A stretch of DNA of 64,000 nucleotides from a virus (Duplodnaviria > Caudoviricetes), in IMG/VR virus record IMGVR_UViG_3300027333_000001; one strand, 5' to 3'. A model generated the notes under the pieces. That model was not told the DNA's origin and searched no databases. It saw only the letters and a list, made by a program, of their open reading frames with translations. The position numbers and the translations under genes are program-made. Positions 36,928-46,198 of the stretch are shown piece after piece. Within the stretch, counting starts at the first letter, position 1; each line of letters begins with the position of its first letter.

Positions 36928-39768
36928 TTAAAAGAGAGTATTTTCTTCAGTGGTTTGAATATCAAGAGATAAGAATTTGGATTGAGTAAGGATAAGAGTT
37001 TCTTTAATGACAGCAAGGATATTTACATAAAAGTCAATATCATTAAAAGAGAGAGTTTGACCTGTTCTACTTTCAAGCCAATCTTTAGCAGGACGACTTG
37101 CACCTATTTTAAATTCCCAAATGGATTTACTAGCTAAGAAATATTGAGAATCGTTGATCTTAATACGATCAATATCAAAAGAAACTTTAGAAATAACAAT
37201 ATCTGTTTTCATTTGAGTAGTGTCAAAAAAGACATCTTTGATTGAAGATATAGGTTGAGAAGGTTTAAGACTTAAATGGATTTTTCTAAGAGATGCACCA
37301 AAAGAAATAAAATAATGTAGATGTTCTTTATCTAAAGGGAAAGGAATTCTAGGATAATTTAATTTGAGCATTTGATTATTTTCTTTAAGGTATTCTTGAT
37401 CATTAAGGACACCATAAATATAGTCAATGACATCAATAGGATTGACATTAGGATCAATTTCTAAGAACTGTTTAAAGTCACTTTCATTAAAGTTATGTGT
37501 AAAGGTTTCTGAACTTAAATCAAAGTTATCTTCAAGTGGAATATAAAGAGGTGCAAAATGGCAAGAGGATTTACCAGCAAAGAAACCTGAATCGCAAAAG
37601 TTATTAAAAACAAAGGTATGGGAAAAATCATGAGAGTCTCTAACACTAGAAGAATAACCAATGTAGAAATTGCTCTTGAGTGTTTTTAGATCAGTAACTT
37701 TTTTAGCTTTGCTATTAATACCATTACACCAATGGATATGTCTATTATCCATTGGACGATAAGCGAAATCCAAAGTTTTATTAGGATCATAGACAGGTAA
37801 AGTATTGATGAATTGATCATCTGCACCTGTCTTAACACCACAGGCTTTGACTTTAAAGAAAGAGTCAATATTAAAAGAGTTGGAAAAATACTTTGAACTT
37901 GATTCATGAGTAGGAATGAAAAGGAAAGAAGAATTAAGTTCAAAGTTTAGTTTTTGGAAATTGGATTTAGTTTTAGGATTGAGAATATGGTTTAGGCAGA
38001 AATCTTTCTTATCTTCTTTTTTACCAATGATTTCATAATAATAAGTATCAGCTAAAGTATTCTTTTTAGAATCGGATTTCTTTACTAAGAAATACATAGC
38101 AACACCAATGGTAATATCAAAAACATTCTCATCATTCTTTTGATCACCATGTAAATTGATAATATAGATTTCGTCAAAAGATAAGAGTAGAGATTGTCTT
38201 AGTTTTTCATAAGATACATTTTTAAGAAATGAGTTATTGGTGATGAATGAAACAACACCTTTTTTATTTTGTTCTATGAAGTGTTGAGCCAAGCGAATGA
38301 ATTTGAGATAGTCATCATTAAGAGCATCATTAATATTTCTATCTGTTGGTTTATATTCAAGCATAAGATCATTAATATAATCTGATCTATTTGTAGAAAG
38401 ACCATTATAAGGTGGATTACCTATGATGCAGGCAAACTTTTTATTTCTGATGTCTAAGACTTTTTTAGACATACTATTGATTTCATATAAGTAATCCGAG
38501 TATTGAAAAAGGTCTTGAGATTCAAATTTTTTAGGTGGATCTAAAGTGTTGGTAAGAAATAAATTAAGAGCAGGTGTGTTTTCATTAAATATAAAACCTG
38601 TGTTTCTTAAGGTTTCTACTAATCTCATTTGAGCAATGATGAAAGGTGTCATCATAATTTCAAAACCATAAAGATTATTTAATAGTTTAGAATTTACAAG
38701 AGTATTCCATAAAGCAGTGTTTTGATTATATTCGGAATAAGCTACTTTCAGAATAGAATTGAGATAATTGCTAGTGCCTGTAGCTGGATCTAAAATATTG
38801 ATGTCATCTAGATAACCTTTAGAATATCCGATATGCTTTAATAGAGCATTTGTAGATTTTACTTGATACTCTACAATATAGTCAGGTGTGTACCAAGCAC
38901 CAAATTCTTTTCTTAATTTGGCATCATAGTGTTCAAGAAAAGTTTCATAGAAATGAATGACAACATCACCTGAATATTCCCAAACAATATTAGTCAAATC
39001 TATTTGAAGTAGTAGTGCTTGAATATCATTATAGATTTCAGTAATACGATCATCAATCTTTTTTGAGGATAAGATACTAAAGGCTTCTTCTAAGAAAGAA
39101 GATCCGATTTGAGAAACTGAATTGAGATACCTAACAATAAAAAGACCATAAGTGATGGTTTGTGCATAGAAATCTGAAAACCTAGAAACATCAAGATCAG
39201 GCATAAGTTTTTTATATGCTTCAAATTCTTGTTCTAGTTTTGTAACTTCTCTATCTTTTTTATTAGATAAGCAATTAGATACGATTTCTTTTAGCATTTT
39301 AGTTTTAACAGCTAAAAGGATTGCCAAGTCAGATGGTTTATTGCAAACCAATGGATCAGCTTTAAAATCTTGTACTGTTTTTTCTAACATTTGAACTGCT
39401 TTATTTCCTGTGTATAGAGTAGAAGGCATTAAAGTAGTTTTAGTACTTAAATTTCCTTTTTCATCTAAAAAAGAAAGTGTGTATTGTAATTGACCTTTTT
39501 TATACACATCTATTTCACGATAATTTGTAATGATATGGTTATTGTTATCTCTTATAAGAGATAGAGATTTATTATTAAGTGAACTTAAATCACTTTCAAA
39601 GTTTTTAGTTTCAATCGATGCCAAATAACGATTTCTACTTTTTAAGATTAAAATCTCTGGACTGCTCAATTCCTGCAAACTTAAATTCTCATCTATTGAT
39701 GAAAGCATTTTTTTCAAAGACTCTTTGAAAGCATTCTTACGAATATTTGATTGGTATTGCAATAGCAT
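36928..39768 (-). CDS. Type IIG/ISP-like N6-adenine methyltransferase with C-terminal TRD and degenerate N-terminal nuclease domain
   Basis: FAQTITYGLF, HFYETFL, GAWYTP, ILDPATGT, IIGNPPY, FITNNSFL, YRPMD, YIYGVL and PRIPF. Confidence 0.85.
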   Translation of the reverse strand: MLLQYQSNIRKNAFKESLKKMLSSIDENLSLQELSSPEILILKSRNRYLASIETKNFESDLSSLNNKSLSLIRDNNNHIITNYREIDVYKKGQLQYTLSFLDEKGNLSTKTTLMPSTLYTGNKAVQMLEKTVQDFKADPLVCNKPSDLAILLAVKTKMLKEIVSNCLSNKKDREVTKLEQEFEAYKKLMPDLDVSRFSDFYAQTITYGLFIVRYLNSVSQIGSSFLEEAFSILSSKKIDDRITEIYNDIQALLLQIDLTNIVWEYSGDVVIHFYETFLEHYDAKLRKEFGAWYTPDYIVEYQVKSTNALLKHIGYSKGYLDDINILDPATGTSNYLNSILKVAYSEYNQNTALWNTLVNSKLLNNLYGFEIMMTPFIIAQMRLVETLRNTGFIFNENTPALNLFLTNTLDPPKKFESQDLFQYSDYLYEINSMSKKVLDIRNKKFACIIGNPPYNGLSTNRSDYINDLMLEYKPTDRNINDALNDDYLKFIRLAQHFIEQNKKGVVSFITNNSFLKNVSYEKLRQSLLLSFDEIYIINLHGDQKNDENVFDITIGVAMYFLVKKSDSKKNTLADTYYYEIIGKKEDKKDFCLNHILNPKTKSNFQKLNFELNSSFLFIPTHESSSKYFSNSFNIDSFFKVKACGVKTGADDQFINTLPVYDPNKTLDFAYRPMDNRHIHWCNGINSKAKKVTDLKTLKSNFYIGYSSSVRDSHDFSHTFVFNNFCDSGFFAGKSSCHFAPLYIPLEDNFDLSSETFTHNFNESDFKQFLEIDPNVNPIDVIDYIYGVLNDQEYLKENNQMLKLNYPRIPFPLDKEHLHYFISFGASLRKIHLSLKPSQPISSIKDVFFDTTQMKTDIVISKVSFDIDRIKINDSQYFLASKSIWEFKIGASRPAKDWLESRTGQTLSFNDIDFYVNILAVIKETLILTQSKFLSLDIQTTEENTLF

Positions 39769-39807
39769 TTTATTCTCCTTTATGAAATGCTATTGTATCT
39801 TATAGTA

Positions 39808-40245
39808 TTAAGACTTGCTTTTTAGTTTTTTCACTTCTTTCTTAAAGTCCAAAAACTTGTCCTTTTCAGTTTCTAATAACCTTTCCAATTCTTTATCAAG
39901 TTTCTTTGATAATTCTTTTTCAAAGTATTCTGCAAGTTTTAAAAAGAACTCAGGTGCATCTTCTTCCCAACAAAAACTGTTTATGAAATCTACATTTGCA
40001 ACTGCATATATGGATTTGTATGGTAAAACCACATCTTCTACTTTGCCATTGAAACTAAGTTTTGTCTTAACTTTGTTTTCTTTAAATTTGATTGGTCTTG
40101 GAAACTTTAAACTTAAAGATAACTTCACTTGTTCTTTATCCATTAAGTGTTTAGGTAAAACCACACCATCAATTTTGCTATTGACACTTATCACAATTTT
40201 TCCTTGTGATAAAAATTCTTGAAGGACTTCTTTTTTGTCTTCCAT
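39808..40245 (-). CDS. sspB: SspB-like ClpXP adaptor
   Basis: GVVLPKHL, LSLSLKF, KLSFNG and LPYKSIYAV match the SspB beta-fold pattern. Confidence 0.7.
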   Translation of the reverse strand: MEDKKEVLQEFLSQGKIVISVNSKIDGVVLPKHLMDKEQVKLSLSLKFPRPIKFKENKVKTKLSFNGKVEDVVLPYKSIYAVANVDFINSFCWEEDAPEFFLKLAEYFEKELSKKLDKELERLLETEKDKFLDFKKEVKKLKSKS

Positions 40246-40258
40246 TTTTTTCTGCTCC

Positions 40259-40561
40259 TTATAGGTTTTCTAATTCTGCTAATTGCTTGGTTAATGTTCT
40301 GATCTTCTTTGCTAATGAAACTGAACTTGTAAACTCTCTTGATGAGTTTGTTTCAAACATACAGAAAAGATCTTCATCTTCTTTTACATCCACTTTGAGA
40401 AATGATCCACATTCATCTTGTTCACAAGACACCACTAAATTTATTTTGTGATGACTTCCAATTCTCATTTGGATTCTCTTGTTTGGTGTAATTTCAGAAA
40501 AATCGATCTCGAATTGGTTGAGGTTTAATTTGAGATCATTTAAGAGTTGCAACTTTTTCAT
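40259..40561 (-). CDS. Small hypothetical protein
   Basis: 100 aa, AAAGGA SD, downstream of a bipartite motif. Confidence 0.6.
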   Translation of the reverse strand: MKKLQLLNDLKLNLNQFEIDFSEITPNKRIQMRIGSHHKINLVVSCEQDECGSFLKVDVKEDEDLFCMFETNSSREFTSSVSLAKKIRTLTKQLAELENL

Positions 40562-40590
40562 TTAAAGTTCCTTTGGTTTAGAGTTATCCT

Positions 40591-40622
40591 ATAAACACTT
40601 AAAATTTAATTTTGTTGCAAGT
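40591..40622 (-). promoter_or_regulatory. Bipartite motif copy ACTTGCAAC-N14-AGTGTTTAT
   Basis: One mismatch to consensus. Confidence 0.62.
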
Positions 40623-40667
40623 TCGTTTAAATATTCTTTAAATTTTTATTCTTATTAAAAAGAGCAG

Positions 40668-40940
40668 GTGGACATGAAACATAAATTCCATAAGAAACAA
40701 AAAGCATATCATCTTAACAGAGGTGAATTCCTTTATATCCCAACCAACCTATCCAGCTATTTATATGAATATGAAATCACAAGTCCTAGATCAAAAGGAT
40801 TCATATATATAAAGATCAATGACAGGCAAATAGAAAAAATCCCATGTGGTCTAGCTATTACTATAAAAGAAGGATTTAAAATAGAATACGATTTATTCAC
40901 AGATACTACAGAAGATGATGTAAGATTTGATATAGATTAA
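40668..40940 (+). CDS. Small hypothetical protein
   Basis: 90-aa ORF. Confidence 0.5.
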   Translation: MDMKHKFHKKQKAYHLNRGEFLYIPTNLSSYLYEYEITSPRSKGFIYIKINDRQIEKIPCGLAITIKEGFKIEYDLFTDTTEDDVRFDID

Positions 40941-40971
40941 TATAAGACATATATTTGATAAGGAAAAAGTC

Positions 40972-41556
40972 ATGTATGAAATCACTAACAAATCTATCTT
41001 TAATGTAGATGCACAGGTAATCGTCAATGCAGTCAATACTGTTGGTATCATGAGTGCTGGCATTGCACTAGAATTTAAACTGCGATTTCCTGATATGTAT
41101 AAAGACTATTATGATCGCTGTGCTAAAGGTCAAGTAGAATTAGGCAAACCATATCTTTATGGCAATGTTTTAAACTTTCCTACAAAAGACCATTGGAAAA
41201 CACCTTCTAAAACAGAATGGATTGATCAAGGTTTACATCATTTCGTTCGCAATTATAAATCTTTAGGTATTAAATCCATTGCTTTCCCAAAGTTAGGCTG
41301 TGGACGAGGTGGTTTAGATTGGATCAAAATCCAAAAGATGATGATTTATTATTTTGAACCATTACAGGATATAGACATTACAATTTGCCTTGATACTGCT
41401 GAACCTGAAGGACTAGAAAGAAAGATGATGGATTTTGTAATGAGTAGAAATCCTGAACTGCATTTTGAAAGATTTAGAGATTTGAGATTTATTTTAAATG
41501 ATAAAGATGCTTATGAACAGGTCTTTAATAAAGCATTTGAGAAAGCTACTAAATAG
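40972..41556 (+). CDS. DarG-like macrodomain (ADP-ribose hydrolase)
   Basis: IVNAVNTVGIMSAGIALEFK, NFPTKDHW and SIAFPKLGCGRGGLDW. Confidence 0.85.
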   Translation: MYEITNKSIFNVDAQVIVNAVNTVGIMSAGIALEFKLRFPDMYKDYYDRCAKGQVELGKPYLYGNVLNFPTKDHWKTPSKTEWIDQGLHHFVRNYKSLGIKSIAFPKLGCGRGGLDWIKIQKMMIYYFEPLQDIDITICLDTAEPEGLERKMMDFVMSRNPELHFERFRDLRFILNDKDAYEQVFNKAFEKATK

Positions 41557-41803
41557 CAGATATACTGTCTATATCTAATATATCTTCTTTACTGCAAGTT
41601 CTAATATCTAATAACATTGTACTGAATATAGAATAATGACTTACCTTAATGGTGTTCTCATCCAGCATTTCAATCACAATCTCATATTTGTATTGCTTAT
41701 CCTTTTGTGGATATGACAAAACAATATTGTTATCTGCTGTGATTGTGTATTGCCTATCTTTTAACAGGTTTAGTAGTCTTTGCATTTTACTTGATCCATA
41801 CAT
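41549..41803 (-). CDS. Small hypothetical protein
   Basis: 84-aa ORF. Confidence 0.45.
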   Translation of the reverse strand: MYGSSKMQRLLNLLKDRQYTITADNNIVLSYPQKDKQYKYEIVIEMLDENTIKVSHYSIFSTMLLDIRTCSKEDILDIDSISAI

Positions 41804-42218
41804 ATTCTAAGTTGGTAGGTGTTTCTTTAAATAAATCTGCATAATGTGTAGGCAACTTTTGAATGAGTTTTGATCTATGACTTAAATGCAATTCTTCATT
41901 ACCTAACCATACAGGCATTTCTTTATTTTGAAAGTTATTGACCATAGATACAAATCTTTCTCTCATTGTATCTTTATATCCTCTTGCAATCCATTCATCA
42001 CAGATCGCAATCGCATATTGACATAAAGCATATTCATAACCATTCCACATGATTACAATAGGATGGTTTAACCAAGCACCTTTTGTTAAAGTACCTGTTT
42101 GTCTTTTCATATTTGTAGTCAAGATTTGAAAAGCCTCAACTCTTTGCTTTCCTAATCTTTGTCTATCTAGTGTTTTTGCAGTAGCTGTGAAATCAGCATA
42201 TGGTAAAAAGGTCTGCAT
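41787..42218 (-). CDS. Pyrimidine-dimer DNA glycosylase-like (DenV / MSMEG_6728 family)
   Basis: MQTFLPY, LDRQRLGKQRVEAFQIL, NHPIVIMW and PVWLG..ELHLSHRSKL. Confidence 0.75.
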   Translation of the reverse strand: MQTFLPYADFTATAKTLDRQRLGKQRVEAFQILTTNMKRQTGTLTKGAWLNHPIVIMWNGYEYALCQYAIAICDEWIARGYKDTMRERFVSMVNNFQNKEMPVWLGNEELHLSHRSKLIQKLPTHYADLFKETPTNLEYVWIK

Positions 42219-42300
42219 ATAGATAATCCTTTCTTTAAGATTTTCTATTTTTAAAACACTAGATGAGATAGAAAAATTGCATCTTAAAAATAATTTCTGA

Positions 42301-42332
42301 ACTTGCAATAACTAACTACCATAAGTGTTTAT
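42301..42332 (+). promoter_or_regulatory. Bipartite motif copy ACTTGCAAT-N14-AGTGTTTAT
   Basis: Exact consensus; precedes ORF 42382. Confidence 0.65.
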
Positions 42333-42381
42333 AGCTATGTGTGAATGATCGCACTCTTAACAATAAGAAAGGTAGCAAGCT

Positions 42382-42732
42382 ATGAGTTTCAATCTAAATA
42401 GCATTTTGGTAAGCACTCTAATCTCTAAAGGAAACAAAGAAATCACTAATTACTTCTACAAGGTAATTGAGATCAATGGTGATATGATGACTGTGGTTGC
42501 AATTACATCTAAAATGGATAGAGCAACCTTTATAGGTAGAGATGGCAAAGTGAAATTTCATATGAATGGTCTTGAAACACCTTCTGAAAGATATCCACTT
42601 GAGTTAGAGCAACATCGTATCTTTACCATTCAGTATAAAGGAAAAAACACTACTATTAATGGTAGTAGAGTTAAGGTATGGGATGAACAACCTCTACCTT
42701 TTAAATTCAAAACTAAAACTTTCTGTTTCTAA
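42382..42732 (+). CDS. Small hypothetical protein (distant paralog of 48034-48336)
   Basis: Shared N.FY.VIEI.G...VV and V..WD..PL pattern. Confidence 0.55.
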   Translation: MSFNLNSILVSTLISKGNKEITNYFYKVIEINGDMMTVVAITSKMDRATFIGRDGKVKFHMNGLETPSERYPLELEQHRIFTIQYKGKNTTINGSRVKVWDEQPLPFKFKTKTFCF

Positions 42733-42749
42733 AAAAAGGAAAATGAAAA

Positions 42750-43052
42750 ATGATCAAATCTGATCTTTTAGATAAAGTTTATCTTGCATTTCAAAACCTA
42801 GATGGTTGGCAAGACAGTGTATTAGAACTTAATGTTCTTGATGGTTATAATGGCAACCTGCACCTTGTTGCAAGTTTGGACTTAGAAACCAAAAATTCAT
42901 CTTCATATGTCAAAATTGATATTGAGATTTTTGATGAAACTCTTAATAAATATGTTGTTGAAACACAGCAAATTGTTACTCTTGATGGTGATGATACAGA
43001 TGTTGGTTTGGTTTTAGATTTCCTACAAACACAAATTGGTTATGCAATATAA
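42750..43052 (+). CDS. Small acidic hypothetical protein
   Basis: 100 aa with AAAGGAAA SD. Confidence 0.55.
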   Translation: MIKSDLLDKVYLAFQNLDGWQDSVLELNVLDGYNGNLHLVASLDLETKNSSSYVKIDIEIFDETLNKYVVETQQIVTLDGDDTDVGLVLDFLQTQIGYAI

Positions 43053-43421
43053 TCACTTAGTCAAATCTTTTACGATCACTGCTATATCTTCATAAGGCTT
43101 TGGCAAAATGCCTGATATCAATCTTAATTTCGCAAGCATATCCACTCTCTTATTATCCCATTCTTTATAAGCTTCCTCTAGCTTAAATACACTTGCATGA
43201 TATTCTGTAATCAAAGCTAATACTTCAGGATCAGTAGTTTTAAGTGGTGGAATATAATATGGTGCTACTCGTCTTCTACTTGCACCACTGCCTTGAAAAC
43301 AAATCGTATCTTCCATTCCCTTTAAATGTTTAATCTCAAGTGATGGTTCTGTGATATAAGAATAAGTAGTCCAAGCATCCAACTCTTTTTTAGTATTTAC
43401 TTCAATGATTTTCTTCTTCAT
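43053..43421 (-). CDS. Hypothetical protein, distant member of the K(K)E-leader paralog array
   Basis: MKKKIIEVNTKKELDAW; weak similarity to 43843-45523. Confidence 0.5.
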   Translation of the reverse strand: MKKKIIEVNTKKELDAWTTYSYITEPSLEIKHLKGMEDTICFQGSGASRRRVAPYYIPPLKTTDPEVLALITEYHASVFKLEEAYKEWDNKRVDMLAKLRLISGILPKPYEDIAVIVKDLTK

Positions 43422-43444
43422 TTGTTAGCATCCTTTTTTGGATA

Positions 43445-43846
43445 CTATACATATTTTTTTATTAAGTTTCCTATATCATCTAATGAAAAAGTTGCCTTGC
43501 CATCTATATACTCATCTTTTAAATCATAGATCTGAATTTCATAAATGTTCTGAAAATAATAATCATCACCTTCAATATTATCTTCTTCATATCTTTCTTC
43601 ACCATCTTCATACTTATCAAACATATCTACTGTTTCATGCACATATATTTGAATAGGATGATTAGGAAATTCTATATGATATGTAGGCATCATTTCTTGT
43701 TCATTGATTTCATCTCTCCACCAATCTTCAAGTCTTCCTTTATCACGGAGTTCTTCAAATGGTTCAGGATTTGCTACTAATGTCATAGCATAACTTAAAT
43801 TTAGGTTTAATAAAATCCATTCTATGGAATGTTTAAATTGCATCAT
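43445..43846 (-). CDS. Acidic hypothetical protein
   Basis: Up to 133 aa; start uncertain. Confidence 0.5.
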   Translation of the reverse strand: MMQFKHSIEWILLNLNLSYAMTLVANPEPFEELRDKGRLEDWWRDEINEQEMMPTYHIEFPNHPIQIYVHETVDMFDKYEDGEERYEEDNIEGDDYYFQNIYEIQIYDLKDEYIDGKATFSLDDIGNLIKKYV

Positions 43847-44394
43847 AGGATAATACTGTAAATCTTCCTTAGTTGGTCAAGTTCAGAATTTAATTCTCTT
43901 CTCTTTTGTGCATTTGCTCTACCTTTTGGTAAAGCATCTAATTCTTTAGTCAAGGTTTCAATCTTGACTAACAAGTCTTGCACTTTGCTTGGATCAGCTT
44001 TGTATTCTGCATATAATAATTCTTCCTGTGGTGTGAGTAAATTATATGCTCTATGCACAGCTCTAGGATCTTTACATAAAGACTTTCCTGCTTTAATAAG
44101 TTCCCATCGGTAATGCTCAAATTGATCTTGTGCTTTTTTTAGATTTTGAGTTGCTTGTGCAAATGCTTCTAACTTAGGAAGAAGTTCAGGTACTTCATTT
44201 TTACAAAGTTCTAAATCTTTTGTTGATACATAGAAAGAACCTAGATTTCTTCTTCTGAACCATGATCGATATTTATATCTAGCTTCGTCCCATTCAAAAT
44301 CTTCACAATCGAAGTTGTGTTGTCTACCACTACTATGTGGTTCAAGTAGAGTATAGACTACTGCTTCCTTTTTGGTAATACTTCTAATTGCCAT
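43843..44394 (-). CDS. Paralog array member A
   Basis: MAIRSITKKEAVVY...KIETLTKELDALPKG. Confidence 0.65.
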   Translation of the reverse strand: MAIRSITKKEAVVYTLLEPHSSGRQHNFDCEDFEWDEARYKYRSWFRRRNLGSFYVSTKDLELCKNEVPELLPKLEAFAQATQNLKKAQDQFEHYRWELIKAGKSLCKDPRAVHRAYNLLTPQEELLYAEYKADPSKVQDLLVKIETLTKELDALPKGRANAQKRRELNSELDQLRKIYSIIL

Positions 44395-44399
44395 TTATC

Positions 44400-44942
44400 T
44401 TATCCTTTTACAAAATTGTAAAGATCCTGTAATTGTGTAAGTTGTGCTTGTAAATCTTTTTTAGATTTGCCTTTTGGTACTGCATCAATTTCTTTAGTCA
44501 AGGTTTCAATCTTGTTTAACAAATCTGTCCTTTTAGCTGGATCAGCTTGATATTCTGCAATCATCTTTTCTTCTTCATCTGTGAGAACTTCATAAGCTAA
44601 GTGCATTTTAGCAGGATCTTTGATGTGTGTTTTGAGAGCATTAAGATACTGTTCTCTTACTCGATTGATTTCATCAATAGTATCTTTCATTAACTCAAGT
44701 TTATCATTTAGCTTGTTTGCTAAATCAAGGTATTCAGGAAATGAGTTTGCGACTTGTCTAGTATCTACAGTGAGACTCCAATTCTTACAGGAAACAGAAT
44801 AACGATTGAAAGAATAATGGTATTCATTGATTTTTCCCCAATCATACTTAAACCAATAGAATCCTTTTTCACGACCTTGTGTTTGATCTTCTAATAGCTG
44901 GTATGCTAATTCTTCTTTTTTAGAGATTTTTCTTTTTGCCAT
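44400..44942 (-). CDS. Paralog array member B
   Basis: MAKRKISKKEELAY...KIETLTKEIDAVPKG. Confidence 0.65.
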   Translation of the reverse strand: MAKRKISKKEELAYQLLEDQTQGREKGFYWFKYDWGKINEYHYSFNRYSVSCKNWSLTVDTRQVANSFPEYLDLANKLNDKLELMKDTIDEINRVREQYLNALKTHIKDPAKMHLAYEVLTDEEEKMIAEYQADPAKRTDLLNKIETLTKEIDAVPKGKSKKDLQAQLTQLQDLYNFVKG

Positions 44943-44944
44943 TT

Positions 44945-45523
44945 TTAAATTTCTCCTATGAGTTTGAGATTTTTTGTGATTTCTTCAAGTTCATCTTTTA
45001 CTGTTTTTCTTAAAGGTGCAGATGCACGATCTTTTGGTAGACCTTCAAGTTTTTCTTGTAATTCAATTGCACGAGCCTTAAGAGCATTGATTTTATCTGT
45101 ATTGCCTTTTAATTCATTACAAATAGCTTCTTCTTCATCTGACATGATAAGATATTCAGTTTCAAAATTAGCATTTGGATTGACAAAAGTCTTTTTAATA
45201 TCCTCAACAAATTTCTCTCTAAGAGAATCGAATGTATTAATGGCATTATCAGCAATTTCACATTGTTTAGCCATTTCTTCAAAAACTTCTTTGTATTCAG
45301 GCATAGCTTGTAAAAACTTAGCAAAGTCGCCATAATTTAGTTGATATGGCTTAATAAGTCTTGACCAAACTCTACGATAACCAAATGCACCTGAATAGGT
45401 TGAATACATTTGATACCAATCACCACTTTTGGTTCGATAACCATTTTTAGCACCACCTGTAATTTCTTCTAATACAGGATATGCAAGTTCTTCTTTTTTA
45501 GAGATTTTTCTCTTTGTAGCCAT
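44945..45523 (-). CDS. Paralog array member C
   Basis: MATKRKISKKEELAY...ELQEKLEGLPKD. Confidence 0.65.
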   Translation of the reverse strand: MATKRKISKKEELAYPVLEEITGGAKNGYRTKSGDWYQMYSTYSGAFGYRRVWSRLIKPYQLNYGDFAKFLQAMPEYKEVFEEMAKQCEIADNAINTFDSLREKFVEDIKKTFVNPNANFETEYLIMSDEEEAICNELKGNTDKINALKARAIELQEKLEGLPKDRASAPLRKTVKDELEEITKNLKLIGEI

Positions 45524-45546
45524 TTTTGTTTTCCTTTTTTGTTAGG

Positions 45547-45723
45547 TTAATCCCATTCATTTCCATCATAGTAATCCATCTCTTGGATTTTTGACCAAAT
45601 ACCTTCTTCTTTAGGTTCAGTTTCGTTCTGATGTTCTTCCTCAGTAAACATAGGTGTGATGTATTCGATCGAGTTAGAAAATTCTAGGTTACTGTCTAAT
45701 GTAATAAGTACTACTTTTCGCAT
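45547..45723 (-). CDS. 58-aa acidic ORF missed by the ORF track
   Basis: Hand translation MRKVVLITLDSN...YYDGNEWD*; fills the gap in the operon. Confidence 0.5.
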   Translation of the reverse strand: MRKVVLITLDSNLEFSNSIEYITPMFTEEEHQNETEPKEEGIWSKIQEMDYYDGNEWD

Positions 45724-45757
45724 AACTTAAACTCTCTTTCTTCTGTTTTTGATAGGT

Positions 45758-46078
45758 TTAGCCATTTTCTTCTTCCTTTGGATTTTCTTCTTCTGTATAT
45801 GGTTCTGTTGTCCATCCTAATTTATCATTTTCAAAGTTAGTGCAGAGTGTATAACCTATTGATAAGGAATAAGACATTAAAGCATTGATCACCTGATTTG
45901 TGTTTAGATCATCATTTAAAGTAGGTGCTGGTGTGTTTGTCAATTCAGTTAAGTATTGACAAATCTCATTAAAAACATCTTGTGCTAAGATGCCATCCAC
46001 AAAATTTTCTCTTGAGAAAAAATATGAGTGTTTAGTAGATGCAATGACAAAATGCAAACTTGCAATAATGTAATCCAT
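45758..46078 (-). CDS. Small hypothetical protein
   Basis: 106 aa with AAAGGAAA SD. Confidence 0.55.
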   Translation of the reverse strand: MDYIIASLHFVIASTKHSYFFSRENFVDGILAQDVFNEICQYLTELTNTPAPTLNDDLNTNQVINALMSYSLSIGYTLCTNFENDKLGWTTEPYTEEENPKEEENG

Positions 46079-46198
46079 TTAAAGTTTCCTTTGGTTAGTG
46101 GTAATATTCTTATATTATTAAGAGTGAGTTACTACATGAATAGTTTATTTATATTGTTTCTTTTAATAAAACTATTTCATAAACAAAGGATAAGCATC

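Noticed and set aside
46058-46066. Extra ACTTGCAAT as another bipartite motif copy
   Set aside because: It lacks the AGTGTTTAT box at +14 and lies within a coding region on the other strand.
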